A stretch of 64,000 nucleotides of DNA from Balanoglossus misakiensis (taxonomy: Eukaryota > Animalia > Hemichordata). Location of the stretch: contig CM082593.2 in assembly GCA_040954595.2 (NCBI GenBank), positions 4,605,434-4,669,433 of the forward strand, in the 5' to 3' direction. Under the pieces are notes generated by a model that was given only the letters and a program-made list of their open reading frames with translations, made no database searches and was not told the DNA's origin. The position numbers and the translations under genes are program-made. Below are positions 49,517 to 63,982 of the stretch, piece by piece (the first letter of the stretch is position 1; each line of letters starts with the position of its first letter).

Positions 49517-52500
49517 CCACATAGTTTTCATTCTCCAAAAGAATATAACTGTTGCTTCTAAAGTGACGAAGCCAATATCCCACAGTACTATATCAGTATA
49601 GAAAGTGATTTTGGCACAATTAGATTTTCATTTCATTTAATTTACAAGCTTCGCGTTTTGGCTCGTTGACATTACAAGCTTCTTTGTCGCCTGTATATGA
49701 TGCTACGTGTCTCTAGCAAGGTCGCATTTCAAAATCATGATACATGGCATGAAAATGTTGCAGACATTTTGTGTTCCCTCTGCGAGGAATTTGGCGACAA
49801 ACTGATTAATGCCAAGCGGCACTTGTATTTATTTAGTACGTGAATCGTTGTAGTTAAAATATGCCGATAAACTCTTCTAGGGGCAAATGTGAAACTGTCT
49901 CACGTCCAATACTTTATCGCCCAGTACTTGAAGCAGCGGAATGTTACAAATTCGGCCGGCCGAAAAGTATGAAAAGTGCTTCGATTCCAGTGGTCCTTGG
50001 TTACCCTGACAACCGGCTCGATGAGGCCCCAGCGTCTAACACAGACGGCACTCACGCAATGAAATAGTTTGAGTGGCCTTCAAGTCATCGGACAAGACCC
50101 GGCCGGGGCTGTGTTCCCCCTACGTTCTCATACCAGACATCGCAGTGCAACACCGGAATCTTTCTATTGCAATTCTACATATTTCTATAATTGATTCATA
50201 TTTTTCAATATCACTTGTATACTCACTGAAAAATCATATAAGTTTATCTTAAATGTAACATTTAGTTTGCCATTAACAACAGATCAAGGTTGACGAAACA
50301 AACCACGCTTAAAATTCTCGGAGACATGAGATTAATTTGGACCTTAAAGGGTAACATCAAGAATCTTGTCTGCTATATACGAGTTTTCTTATCTCTGGTA
50401 ATTATACTTGCGGGTACTAGCCGCGTCATCCCTTGAGCATCGCGAAGGACGTCATAAATTATTTTCTTTCGACATGACCTAGGGGATTAAAACTCATTTA
50501 TGTTTCTGTTTGTGTCCGGGCGCCTTGAACAGCTGTTAGGATATCGTCCTATATATCAGTGTGATCTTTCAACCTGATCCTTCATGTAGTGATGTTTAGG
50601 GATAATGGATGGGAGGATGTATCTTTGTGCAGTCCAGTGTAACCTCTGTTTACAACATAAATGAGTTTGGTGGACTGGCTTGATTTATGCGCCTAACGAG
50701 CCTGTTTCAAGGAAGGGTCGTTCTTGAACACTTGACGTAGACGTCACAAAGCCATGACATAATCCACCTGTCGCCATTTTTTCAAAAATTCAAAATGGCG
50801 CGCTCCATGAGCCAGATTTGTGTCGTCTGCCTGATGCTTTGAAACAGAAGTCGGCGTCTTTCTTACAACAGTAGCCCCAGAGCGAATTTCATTTTGTAAT
50901 CTTCTGGCAAGTAGAACTTTGTAGAACACAAATAAGCGACACAGGTTTGCCCAGGAATGGCTTAGCACGGAGTCAATATCTCTCTCCGGGGCAGAGACTT
51001 AATCGCATCATTTCGATACTGACCTCATAATCAGGTTGTTAAGGTTTCTTTCATTCTAACCGCAGATCTCAAATGCAAAATTTATACTCTTTAAGGGGAC
51101 CTCTGTCCTTTCATGCCCGCCTTTCAACGTAAATTACTTTCTCAGATTCTGAGAGTAGGTCCAAATAGTAGCTCGCTTCGGTGCGTTAACTCAAAGACCT
51201 AGGTACAGAGGTCAAGCAAAGGTCAGCTCCATTCTGTTTTCCTTTGTCGACCAAAGAACATACAGTCTACTGTATATAATTTTGGATGGATTTGTTGAGA
51301 TTGTCTTGGTCTCTCTGAAAGCGTGTGTTTATTCTTGAACGAAGGAGCCAGACCGTTTATGCGAGTGTTTTTTCAGGTCAAGGATTGAATTGCCTTTGGG
51401 GTGAAATCATAGTCACGTGATGTTGTTCCGGGAAACACGTTCTGGCGTTACCGAAGTATATGGTTAAACACTTTAATAATTGAGTCTTAAACAAGAATTT
51501 AGGGGTGTTTACTCTGGAGATAACCTTTCGCGCGATGAGTCCGTCTGAGAGTTATTGGGGTCAGAGAGAAAGGTGAAACCAGGCGACATGTTGTAATTTT
51601 TGTGATCTAGTATTTTGAAGTGGAATCTGGCTGCTGTCGGCCAGAAATCATTAAACGCAACTTTACAGCCAGGAACTACAGAAGTCTGTCCGAGCACGGA
51701 GTTACCACAGATGTAGCTCCATGGTCCGACTCGGTCAGACATCTTGGTGTGACGTCACGCCTAAAGAACCAAGCTGAGTGAAAGTTTGCCTGACAGTGAT
51801 GAGCTCGGTTTCCCCGGCACTGTCGCTAGTCGACGCTCGGTGTGGTGTAGGGGAATGTTGCAGGCATACGTGAGAGCTGTTCTGCAAATCATGCAGAATT
51901 CCTTTGCCCGAACTGCACAAGCGGTCGCCTCTAAAAACATGACTGTAATATGGCCGCCATGTTTAAAAAACAATGACGAGTTTCGAAGCCAACAGGCAAC
52001 CTACAAAGTTCACAAATCCCGAACCGGATCATAATGACTCTATTCTAGGCTACTGTCGCCAGTGGCAACCTAAATATTTGTTTTGGGCGCATTTGTGAAG
52101 TACTGAAAAAATGGCAGAACCCATAAATCTTACCCACCTGACAAAACACACCGTATGCACTGGTTCACCCCGCACCGTGACGTCAAACAGGGCGAGAAGA
52201 AGGAGATGGTCAAATGAGAACTTGGTATTTGTTCCTCCTCGGTCGTTCACAACGGTTTATCTGTAATTCAAATGAGAAATTATCATCAAAATGTTTTCAC
52301 TTGAGTATCTTTGGTGCTACTTAAGAAGTAGTGCTAATATTTATGAAATTTGTTGAAAATATTTTGTTATATGAGAGACCCGCAGTTGTTAACTTTCATG
52401 TTTCTGAAAAATATTTTGTCGGTATAATAACTGTTGTAAGTCACTCCGGTCCTCGGCCTGTGATCTACTTTCTGCCACAGCGGCGCGGTCAAAGGGGTTG

Positions 52501-53781
52501 GGTTATGGTATCATTTAGATACAGTTACCACACACAAAATACGAAGAAAGTGCACTCGAAGTTCCAATGGAGGAATTGACCCTAAGTTGTTAGTCTGCTC
52601 CGGTGTGGGATTGTCAGCGTTGGTGGTGGCCTAGTCTGGTGTCCAGGCGTGTGTTGTTCGCTTTGCTGCAGTCCAAAGCGGACAACACGTATAACACGGC
52701 TGGATACTAGACTAGTGGTGGCCATACAGTGCAAGACGCACCATTCACTGAGTTGCAAACGGTGGAAATTTTTGCATTCGGAATCTGCTCCATCGAGTCG
52801 GAAATCAGAGCCCCAGCAAGTTGCACGACTGGGTATTAGACTCCAACATCGGGGCGAGTGGGGGTGGTCGTTATTTTGGTTGTTTTGGTTTACTGTTTTT
52901 CAAGTAACAATATTTTTTTATTGAGAATGGTTTGAATTAAATATTGTTGTTTCGTATTCAGCCAAACTCCGGGAGAGACCAGGATTTGTCCTATTTTTAA
53001 GGCGTTGCCTTTTCTAGAGTTTATCTGACTTGAAACACTGGCTATTCATTCCGTCAGAATGATCACGAACGGTCAATTAGTCAGGAAGGGAACTGAATAT
53101 GATATCCCTTCTGCTGTGATGCATCGACGCAGGGTTATTTTGCACAAGGGTGGGCAATCATCTCAACCATCTTTTATCAAAATCGCCTCCGGAGCAGGCA
53201 AGAGCCTGAATAAAAGGAATGTAATTTGGTTTTTAAAATCGCGGAAAATGTTGAATATAATCCCGTCAAAACAACAAGAAATCTGTCCAAGTCGCTGTTA
53301 AGCCACCGTCATGTGACATCAAAATGAACAGACGCCATTTTGGCTCATATTAGACAAGGCTGTAAAGGCACTGAGGGCGACCTTAGTTGCAAGTGTTTTC
53401 TTGGGGCCAGGCGATCGCTCTCATGAATACATGTGATAGTTATGTTTTGCAAGAATAAAGCAATTGTCTGCTGAAACTCTATCCCAAGAAGCATATGGAA
53501 TTCTCCGCGTGCACTCTTAAATGTGTGACCCTTCACCCAACCCGTGTGTGTTTCAGTGTTGCGGTCGTCAAACATGCATATTTGATAAACAGTGTATTCT
53601 AATATGCCGGACAGAGTATCGCGTTACGCGTAGGATAAATCATAAGCTGTAGTCGTTGTAGATGAGGTTGGATAAATGGTCATCTTGAGCGTACATATAA
53701 AATGATTTCGATTTGGGGAAGACAGCCTTCTGTCTTATGTAGTGGTCTTGGAGAACACCCCTCTCCGCAAGCAAGGAGAAA

Positions 53782-53989
53782 ATGGTGATGATGATGATGA
53801 TGATGATGATGATGGTGATGGTGATGGTGATGTTGATGTTGATGTTGATGTTGATGATGATGATGATGATGGTGGTGGTAGTGGTGGTGGTGGTGGTGGT
53901 GGTGGTGGTGGTGGTGGTGGTGGTGGTGGTGGTGGTGGTGGTGGTGGTGATGATGATGATGATGATGATGGTGGTGATGATGGTGGTGA
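53782..53989. repeat. Compound (GAT/GGT/GTT)n trinucleotide microsatellite, intronic
   Basis: Read directly. Confidence 0.97.
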
Positions 53990-55031
53990 CGCGGCAACAA
54001 GCAGATCAGGGGTCAGATGCAGGGGGGCGATGTAAAGATCTCTGGCTGTGGGAAGTAAGCGGGACGACAGTTGGGACAGGATGTTAAAGAGCAGGGTCGC
54101 GTCGACCCGCTGACCTCGAAACCAGGGTCACGGTGTTTGACAGACACCGGAGCGGATTGATTGAACCCCGGCCGGCTGGTAGTGACGAAATGGGGTTGTT
54201 AAAATGATGGCCGAAAGGTCCCGTGACGGCCATATATCGGTGTACAGACGCAGGACTGAGGGCGTAATTATGATTTCACAAGTTGAATACTTCGCGGTGG
54301 AATCTCTCTCATAAAAAACGTCATACTGATTTATTCAGTTGGTTTTTCATGGCTGCATGTGAACTATCTCAGCATCACTCGGTGTGACGTCATAAACAGA
54401 GGTTGTGGGGTCGGTTCCTGTGACCCTAACCTACACAGTGCAAAGGAAAGCCGCATTCTTATTACATGTATGTAATTAATAGAATGCTCATCAGCCGCCT
54501 CATTGCCTTTTCATGTGCCGACATATCAATATTGTGTGTAATATAGCCATGCACTTTTTATATCTTGCCCTCTCAGCACGATCTATGGTGTCAGATTTCA
54601 CACAAACCTGGTGAATTTTTGGTTTGACTAAGGTTCTGTCAGCACGTCGTACATCACATTTATGCAATCGGTCACTAACCTGTGAAATTGGTAACTAATG
54701 ACGATGACAAGTTTTATTGTTTTGATGGGAAGCAGAACATGTTGAAGTATAAAAACATGTGTAAATATCATGGCTGAATCAATCATACTTGGAAACCCCA
54801 AAAACTGATTGCTACATCGTCTTTGTAGAGGGCGCTACGCCCTAAGCGGCGACAGAATACATGGCCAATCCAAGTTGTCTAAAAAGTCATTCCATGAGAA
54901 CGTTTACTTTTTCCAGTCAGTCTTCAGAAATGAAATACCCAATTGTTAAATTTTGTATTTTCTCCAAAAGATTGCGATTTTACGTCTGATTAAATTGACT
55001 AATTATTGCGATGTTTTTATTTGCATCATAG

Positions 55032-55183
55032 ATTCGACGACGGAGTAAGGCTCACCTGGCCAAACTTCAGGAAGGTGACGAAATCACTTTAATCAATGGC
55101 CGCACTTGTAAGGGTATCACACGTGACCAAGCGATGACGTACATCGATAATGCAACGGAAACCCTAGATTTGGAAATCCTCAG
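55032..55183 (+). CDS. SYNPO2-like: SYNPO2/myozenin-like exon 2 (PDZ C-half)
   Basis: Acceptor ...catAG; IRRRSKAHLAKLQEGDEITLINGRTCKGITRDQAMTYIDNATETLDLEIL (S.A...L..GD.I..ING PDZ motif); donor AG|GTGAGA, phase 2. Confidence 0.9.
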
Positions 55184-56620
55184 GTGAGATTTGCTTCAGT
55201 GATAATAAATGAATTATGGTATCAGTCAAAACAATGTCGGTTGTATTATATGTATTATAAAATATTTTAATAGATTCGCGTAACAATCGGTACGATTGTA
55301 CAAAGCAAATTATTGAATATTGAAATATTATAACAATATTTAGCCTTTAACATTTAATATTTAATTATAGGCACTACAACCGTCACTTTACATCGCACAA
55401 TGTTTATGACTTCGACATACAGAACTTTTTGATGATTTATTGACATTAAATGTTTTTTTATGTTGTGTCACTCTTTTCTGGCACATCTTTCGTAAACAAC
55501 TTGTAGATTCACATTTCCACACGTCCGGAGGTCCCTACTTTTCCGTTTAATAGGCGCATTGGCGAGTATATTTCCTCTGGCCCCCGCAGGACGGAAATAA
55601 AAATGTCTCTATTTCTCAAGTGTTTGTTGGCAGTTGCTGTTGGCGTCCTCGGGCTCGAATTAGTTCACAGAGGCGACAAAAAGTACAGTCACATAGTTGC
55701 TGTGATGTAGAAGATTTATTTCCGTACTTACTCTCAATTACGATTACCTATCACTGAAAATGATAATCTGCTAGCAATTGACTAGTTAATCTAGCTATTT
55801 TCTCAGTACCTCACCAGTGAAATGAACACAAAAAATTATTAGCGTATTCGGAAATCTGTAATAGGCAGCGAACTGGTTTGAAGATTACCGGGTAGGAAAT
55901 ATCCCTGGTCGGCCTCCCCATGAAATCTGAGACAGCTCATGCTATCTCCTAGTTGGAGATATTTTTATCTTGTTGGAAATATAGACTACGCTGTCAGCTA
56001 TATAAATTCCAAAGATGTGGAGCGTTAGAATACCCTTTGCGCAAATTCATAAACTGTATATTCTTTAGACAGTATTGGACGGACGTTCGCTGAATAAAAT
56101 CATTTTGCAGAGGGGGTGACACGTTTTTATTTTTTTTATGAGCGATGCTTTCAGACAAGCCACAGTGCCGTCAGCCAGCGCTACTATAGTTCATTGTCAC
56201 TGTTTGAGGTCATACTTAGGGTCAATGGGCCGATAGCTCTCGTCTGCTAATAAAGCATTCTGAACGCACTGCTATTGCCCAGGGATGCCCAGATCTCGTC
56301 CGGTTAGAAACTGGGCGCATGGCTGTATATTTCTGTTGTATTAACGAAACATGAGCTTCGCGCAGTAATGATCTCAGTCTTGTTTTTATATCTTCACGTG
56401 TTACACAAGCAATCAGGTTTCTCTCGAAATATTTCGAGTGGTTTACTATATGTGCACGTCGCCTTCATCAGGATGACGGCGCGTCATTCGTATATCCAGT
56501 TGCGTGTTGAAAAACAAGAGTATGGAATTACTTTTCGCTGATCACTTCTTGGTACCCGTGTTTTTCCATAATGAAGGACTTTTAAAAAGCTTGCTGAACT
56601 GACTATTGGATGGGTCGATG

Positions 56621-56768
<148 letters not shown>

Positions 56769-58467
56769 ATTCGTTTAATCCCACGAAGAATACTGTGTCT
56801 AGTTAGTAACACTGTCAAAATCAATAACATCCTTTCATTCACTGAGGTCAACTTCTACGTAGTAGATAAATCAGCCCAAGTTACTATCAGCTGGTTGAGG
56901 CCCTTTAACCTTTCGCCAAAACAACACTTGTTTATAAAAACAAAATTGATTTACTTCTGTCGCTAATTTATAAACAGTTGAACGACGTTAACAACTGCGA
57001 TTGTGAAACAGTTGTTTGCAATCACAAATAGTCGATTGAACCTCGCGCAGCAAAGACATCCATTATCATCGTTGGTTGCGTCCAAAAAGCATCACATCAC
57101 CTACAATTTGCGGAGGATTTGGCGTTTTTTGAGGACATAGCAACAATGTCTGATGACTCGGAAAGGTAGTGTTGATATTAATGGTATTTTGACACGATGG
57201 GGATATTAGATGTATACCCACATCACTGTGGACGTCATGGCTTCATGTTCGTGTTTTTCATGGCGACCATCATTGTACAATCGATCGCATATTATCTCTG
57301 GAGAATACTCGTGCCCTTGTTGAATTTGAGGTTCTATATGCCCCGAAGATATCGAATTTCTGTTCAATTTAATTCCAATCTTTTCCCAATTTGCCCATTA
57401 AGTTAGTAAACATTTTCTGCCGCGGTTGGGATTTGACAACACAGTATTGACAAGTTCATGTCAAAGTCAACTCGAGATTCCCATCCTTGGATCGAATTTT
57501 CAATTTGATTTTATTGTGGTTACTGAAGCAAGAACCCAGCAGTGCAAGGGAAATTTTTGGGAATGCATCGAATCTGCGTGCTTGGAATTTTTTCTGGCCG
57601 TTCTTGCTGGTCAAAAAAACAGCGCCGTCAACGCCTTTACAGACGTTTCTGTTTAAACAGAATCAAGATGGTCGAGAATGCAGGATTACGAAATGTTCTA
57701 TAAGCACGACAATCGAGAGGTTATACTTATTCTTGGTTTTCTCTTGGGAAGTTCTCCGCAAGAAAGCGATAATTAGTCCTCTGAGAGACATGTCTATCAG
57801 AATGGTTCCCCGTGATTTGAACTTTGGTATAATCATGATGAGGTAGTAACCTTGGTGACTCCTCAACTATTCGAGCTATTCAATGTTTTGGAGTTCCGTG
57901 TAATCTTTGACCTTCTCTAGAATGACGTGGTTTTGCTCGCTACCATGGCGAATCTCTGTTTATCGACGGTTATTTTTTTTTCCTGAGGCTTATTAATGCG
58001 TTTTCAGTCCATAAACAGATGTTCAGAACATCAAAACACTAATCATCCACCAACACCCGGGAGTGAAACGATTTTATGCGCGTCCTTGTCAAATGTTTTT
58101 TTAATAAAATTATTCCAATTGACGACCCGAGAGATTCTGCACTAATGTTAACAGTTTGCGTCAACTCTGCGATAGTAAAGCCGTGGCTCAAATAGTGGAC
58201 ATTCCAAGACAATGAACCGATATTGGAAACATACCAGTAGAGCTTCTGGAGTGAGACAAAACGGATGTGGATGTAACGGAATGTAGGCTGTGTGTTAATA
58301 TTGTCAATAGGTGGCGCTGTCCACACACAACAGCTATTCGAGTTACAGTAACAGAAATACTAGTACATTGGCCATTGTGTTCGTAGTCACTGTGAAAAAG
58401 ATCATTTTCTTCTGTTTATCGATGCACGACATAGTTACCTTGTTTCTATCCTATCTCTTTTCGTCAG

Positions 58468-58574
58468 AGGAGAACAGAATAATAACGAAAAGGGGGCTGT
58501 GAATGGTACGGCAATACCGCAAACATCGACAACAAAAACAACGACGACAACGGTGATCAAATCACAAGAACCAG
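58468..58574 (+). CDS. SYNPO2-like: SYNPO2/myozenin-like exon 3 (Thr-rich linker)
   Basis: Acceptor ctcttttcgtcAG; open frame GEQNNNEKGAVNGTAIPQTSTTKTTTTTVIKSQEP; donor G|GTAAGA; bridges phase 2 to phase 1 as required. Confidence 0.75.
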
Positions 58575-59060
58575 GTAAGAGGTCATCAACCTCATGACAC
58601 TGCGGCACAGTGCGCAATGTCACAGTAACACTGCTGCAGACATCACAGTACACGTGGTGACACAGAGTGACGTATGTTTTAAAGCGGCCGCCACCAATTC
58701 ATGTATTACAATAGGATATCGATAGACTTATGATATCGTTCCGCGAAATATAAGCTTTCCATATACACTAGCTTTTTTAGATGTTAACAAGGTTTGCTTG
58801 TAGCATGGACGTGTGTTGCGTGATTTTAATTTTACCTGACACTTAATCCAATTGCGACCCTTTATACGCTACCTTGGCAACCCCAGGTCTGTTCAAGTCC
58901 GCTGGAACAGCTCGACGTTTACTTGCATGTTATTTATGAACTTGTGACATCAACTTTATATATTAACATTTTGTAATTTGAATACGTATCCGAATACAAC
59001 TCTGAATGCGAATCTGAATGTGACTTTACCAGCATGTGAGGCATGTTATGTTCCTTGCAG

Positions 59061-59240
59061 CCGTGGTCAATGAATCTCAGCGTGTCCGAAAAAGGACCGA
59101 AATCCAAGTCAAATCCATTGGTGGACAAACTCGCAAGAAAGTCACAGAAACCGTGACAGAGACTCGCGGAGATGACCAGACTGTGCAAACTACACAAGAA
59201 ACGCGAACTATAACCGAGCCTGACAATGCTGTCGTCAATG
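59061..59240 (+). CDS. SYNPO2-like: SYNPO2/myozenin-like exon 4 (Thr/Glu/Val-rich; symmetric phase 1-1)
   Basis: Acceptor ttccttgcAG, donor G|GTAACA; 180 nt in frame with ORF 59036-59257. Confidence 0.72.
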
Positions 59241-59774
59241 GTAACAACGATTACTAATACAGTATTACTAGCGCTCAAGCTTAGACCGGAAGGTCGGTCG
59301 CTCGAGACTGTCAGTCTACAGGAAATAGCTATAGAGGGCGCCTCGAGCCACATACCTTCCAGTCGAAGTTTATCCATGGAAATCTGTAGTAGCTCCATGG
59401 TTTTTATAAAGGGTTTTCTGTAATTTTTGCACGTGGAATGCCGTTGGTCTGTCTTGAAGATTTTAACATTTCCGCTATCCCCTGCTTTAAATTAAAATGT
59501 TATCGCTGCCATTTTGATTACATAGATTACTAAGCCATTCGAAAAGTCTCACAAACCGTGGGGTCGCGTCGTTCTAGTTGGTAATGGCTATTTTCCAGAG
59601 TCGCTCTTTCTCTTGTGAGCTTTAATATCGTACTCATATTAATTGTAGAGCTGTTTGACCAGATAGCTCGTCACTCGTGTATTTCACTTGACAGAACGAC
59701 GAAATTTGGAACTTGTACAATCTGAATGTACACTTGTTGGAAATTATTATTAAGGCCATTCTTTGTCCTTCCAG

Positions 59775-60320
59775 GGGACGCATCGGGCACCATTGAATTC
59801 AACTTCCAAGTCCCAAAGTTTTCGCCAACCCCGGTGGCTACGGTGTCTGCTAAACCGGGCGTTTGGTCACCAGCCAGCAGTCAGCAACAACAGGCGCGAC
59901 AACCGGAGGTCCACAAGACATCCACCGTCACCTTCCAAGAAACGGTCAAAACTCACGAGACACCGAGGAACAAGGCGCCAGTGCCGTACTTCACCACCTC
60001 CAAGACGACGACCACAGCCACCACCGCCACGAAGCCTGGCGTCTGGCAGCCGGGCGGGGCCACCACCAGCACGCCGATTGGCCAGCCCGTAGAAGTTGAG
60101 TTCACCCTCACCCCCGGCGGCGGCGGGCATATGGAATCGCCCATTGCCCAGTCTTCTCCAATCACAGCCAACGACATAAGTGAAGATCTGCAAAAAGATG
60201 AGACTGACTCCAAGGCGAACATCAGCATCCTGGACGATCCAAGCCTCATCCTGGCTGGACTCGCCCCGGGTCAAAAGTCAGAGTCAACCATTGAGGCTAA
60301 GAAGAAGGCGAAAGACAAAA
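59775..60320 (+). CDS. SYNPO2-like: SYNPO2/myozenin-like exon 5 (Pro/Thr-rich, two KPGVWxP motifs)
   Basis: Acceptor ctttgtccttccAG, donor A|GTAAGC; in frame with ORF 59726-60397; phase 1-1. Confidence 0.82.
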
Positions 60321-60635
60321 GTAAGCAGACGATATTAAATCGCTCCAGTCAACAGCAAAAAGTGTCTTCTTGCATCAGCAGTGGACTGGTACGATAGTTT
60401 GGCCAATTTGAGACTGAAAATCTCAGTGGCTGGTCTGACCTCAACCAGTTTACGGTACACAAATTTACGAAGTGGCCAAAGTTGACGTTACTTTTTTGAA
60501 AATACACACAGATGGTGACGTCATTCATTGGTCGTGTTCCCGTGCATCTATCCGCCCTGTACACATTCAAAAGTATTTTTAGGATTCATTTATTTAAATG
60601 TTATTTATCTGTAATTATCTGTTACTTCTTTTCAG

Positions 60636-61933
60636 TTAAAATGCACAGACCTTTCTCATACCATGGGTACAGTAACGAACCAGAAGTCGACATCACTGTG
60701 GATGACCAGAAGAAGTTATGTAAGCAGATCGCGGACCTGTTGATGTTTCCCATGAACAAGCAGGCCAGGGGCGCTCGGATGTTCGCTAAAAGACGAAAGA
60801 AGGCAGCCAAGTACACCGTGGAGGGCATAGGTCAGAGGCCAGTCGACGATTTCGACACCGAATCCATGCCGGATCTGTATCAACCAACGACACCCGGCAC
60901 GCCGTTTAACCCGATGACGCCGCAAGCGCCCCCACCGCCGCCACTTTACGAGAGCGACGAGGACTTCGATCCGTCAAGGGCGCTCTTCCAGTTCAGGATA
61001 CCGAGCATCAAACCAACCGCCGCCCCGGTCACGCCGAAAGCTCCCCGCACTATCACCATCGAACCGACGAACTTTAATATCAATTTGAGGGACCCCGCGA
61101 AGTGCAGACACCAGAACGTGTCTCCCGGTGTCTGCGGTATGCTGGCCGCGGACTTGAAGTCGATCGGCGGCCGCGCGTCCGAGATGTTCGCCAAGAGGCA
61201 GAAGCGAGTGCAGAAATTTGTGTTGGAGGATGAAAATAAGGCGAAAACTCCCCAGCCAATCAGAAGCCCCGATGAAACCGACCACGTGGCTCCAAAGGGA
61301 GGTATCAAGATCATGCTGAAGAGCATAGCCAAGTCTGACGACAAGCCATCGGAGCAAAGACCGCAGGTTGCCAAGCACAAGACACCCTGGGAAGCAGCCA
61401 TGGAATCTCCCCAAGGCTCCGTGGATAAGGCGTTCGAGCACATCGACACCGGACCAACCAAGGTCCAAGTGAATATACCGAAGCACATGATACCAAAAGC
61501 GCCGCCACCGCCGCCCGCTCCAAAACCCAAACCAACCTCGCCACGAATGCCAGCAACGTCTCAATTTTCAACACCGCAAACCAGGCCTTTTACACCGCCT
61601 TCCCAGAGCAGAGAGAGCGTGAGCCCGGCGTTCAAAGTAACACCGCTAGCTGGCGTCAAACCGTTCGACCACAACTACAACAGAAAGATTCGCGGCTGGG
61701 CACCGGTCGCCATCACGGGCGACAAATCTGCCGATAATTCTGGCTCGTTCAACTCGGCACCAAAACCAGCGAGAATTTCTCCATCCTCGTTCACAGACTA
61801 TAATCCCAAGCCGAGAGCGTGGACACCGGGGGGCGCCGAACATTCTACACCGTCGCACGATTTTCATTCTGTGAAACCGGTTGTGAATCCCCCCGTTTCT
61901 GCTCCTGTGATGATGGAAAGCGAAGACTTGTAG
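60636..61933 (+). CDS. SYNPO2-like: SYNPO2/myozenin-like terminal exon (total ~795 aa)
   Basis: Acceptor ttcttttcAG; two synaptopodin/calsarcin-type motifs RGARMFAKRRKKAAKY and GRASEMFAKRQKRVQKF, TPWEAA, PPLY, C-terminal ESEDL*. Confidence 0.9.
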
Positions 61934-63982
61934 TACGGGTTTTCTCGGCTCCCAAAGAAGACAAACGAGACAGAGAAGGTTAGATTCGCGATACGAGTTT
62001 AGAAGTCAGTCGGGTGTCGTCTACAAGTAGAACCAAACATGAAACTGAAAGGGACAAGTGTACGTTTTCAAGAAGTCGAGGACAGCTTCGAGATGGCTGT
62101 CTGACGTTTTGATTTCTGAGCATGCGCCGTTTTATGTTTTAGTGGAAATTTCGAGTGCACAATTAACACAACCAAAGATTTCAGTGCTAGCCTGAACCGA
62201 AGGCCTGTAATGCACTTTGATACGAAAATACTGTCTTAAATCATGTACATGCTTATCGTGTAAAAATACTGCCGAGAAGAGAACTCCACAGAGTGAAAGC
62301 TTAACAGTCAAGAAAGGAAGATGTTTTGCCATCCCAACTTTTTTTGACACCACACGTGTTTTCTTAGCAAACTTTTTTGGCAATTTAAATGTTTGCAAGG
62401 TATGACATTACCTTATTGAAATGTTATGAAACTTACTGTAGCCCGAGTATTAGCGACTGCGTGGCGAACTTTACCGAGTATACACGACGCCATCAGCGAA
62501 CTTTACCGAACATGATCTAGTTTCTACCAAACGGAAGCACCTTAGGCGCAGTCGTGCAATAATGTCGTGCTTATGGTTATATTTTTACATATTTATTTTA
62601 ATACCCATATATTTATAAACTCTAGAGGTATCTAGTTGGCTAGATAAGGCCGTAGGTGACGCTTTCCAGTTGTGTTGTTAGTAGAACTTTTTCGGTAAGT
62701 TAGTTTTCTTTTCGGACACGTTTTATTGCTATCAGTGCTTTAAAAAAACGGAGAAAAAAATTCTAACAAAACGGAATTCCTGAAGGAATATCCAGTGCCA
62801 AATTTTATCGTGTTTGATAGAAAAAAGCGTGGTGGTTAGGACAATCACCATTTTACTTAAAATAATAGTTTCGTTTGCGCATGCGGTTGCGATAGTCCTC
62901 TGAGAGCCATTTTTGCCCTGGTAAATCTGAGACGTTTTGGCTTCTTTTCCGGTCGCCATGGCAACGCTTGAACACCTCACTCATTAGACATTACTGTATG
63001 GATTGTTAACCTCTACTTTAAATCTCCCAGAACTTAAAAAAATTAACAAATCGTAAAAAAATATTGACAAGTTGGAAGTTTTTTACTGCGTATTACATCA
63101 TTATTTCTTTTCGAAACTTTTAAGTTTCAAACTATTCAGTGAGTGTGTCCCTATACCATGCAATATCACGTGATAGACATATTACTCAAGATAAGCCGTA
63201 GCTAGGACAACCATATGACATCACACACTTCTATAATATGCGGCGCGTTACACTTTCACATTATGTCATATCAGCGACGATACCAGGTATTTTAGTGTAT
63301 TTGTAAAACCCATCTAATAAACTACTTATTTTGCTTAAATCCACATGTCTTGTCAACATGTTATTTTGCATTTTTTAGCCCCCGTGTTCACACAAGGGAC
63401 CTAATATTATACCGATTTATGCATGTGGCTGTCTGAGTCATCGACATCTCAAAAAGGCTTATCGGATTTGAATTAGAGAAAGGTGTTGTTTTGGTGGAGT
63501 TAAAACAATAACACCAGCCAAAAGTCACAAGCCACAAAACGTGCGAATTTCAAAACAACAGGCAAAAAATCCATACCATCTATATGACGAATTCTTTGCC
63601 ATCTTCAATTACGTATTAACAGCTGTAAATTGGAATCTAAACACTTCCAATTTAACCAATACAACAGAGTTCAGTAAGCTGATCTCCATCGCAATTGAAG
63701 AAAACTATCTACAGACTACATGTATACGTGTACACATAACATGCTTCTCAAAACAATGTACATGTACATGTATGCAGCCATCCTATACAAAGACAACAGA
63801 AATACTACGTACCTCAGGTGAGCACCACGTCACTGTTACTGGATCTGCACTCAACCGGAAAGCGGGGAGCCGAATTCTGAAATGTATAAAAGTTCAGGTA
63901 AGGAATTACGAGACTGATGAGTTAATTATATCACTAAGAAAACGACAGTAGGATTGGGCGAGTGGGCAGGCAATACATCTGT

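Noticed and set aside
52991-53000. MEF2-consensus site (ctatttttaa) in SYNPO2-like intron 1
   Set aside because: Plausible for a muscle gene, but an AT-rich 10-mer is frequent by chance and no conservation data are available.
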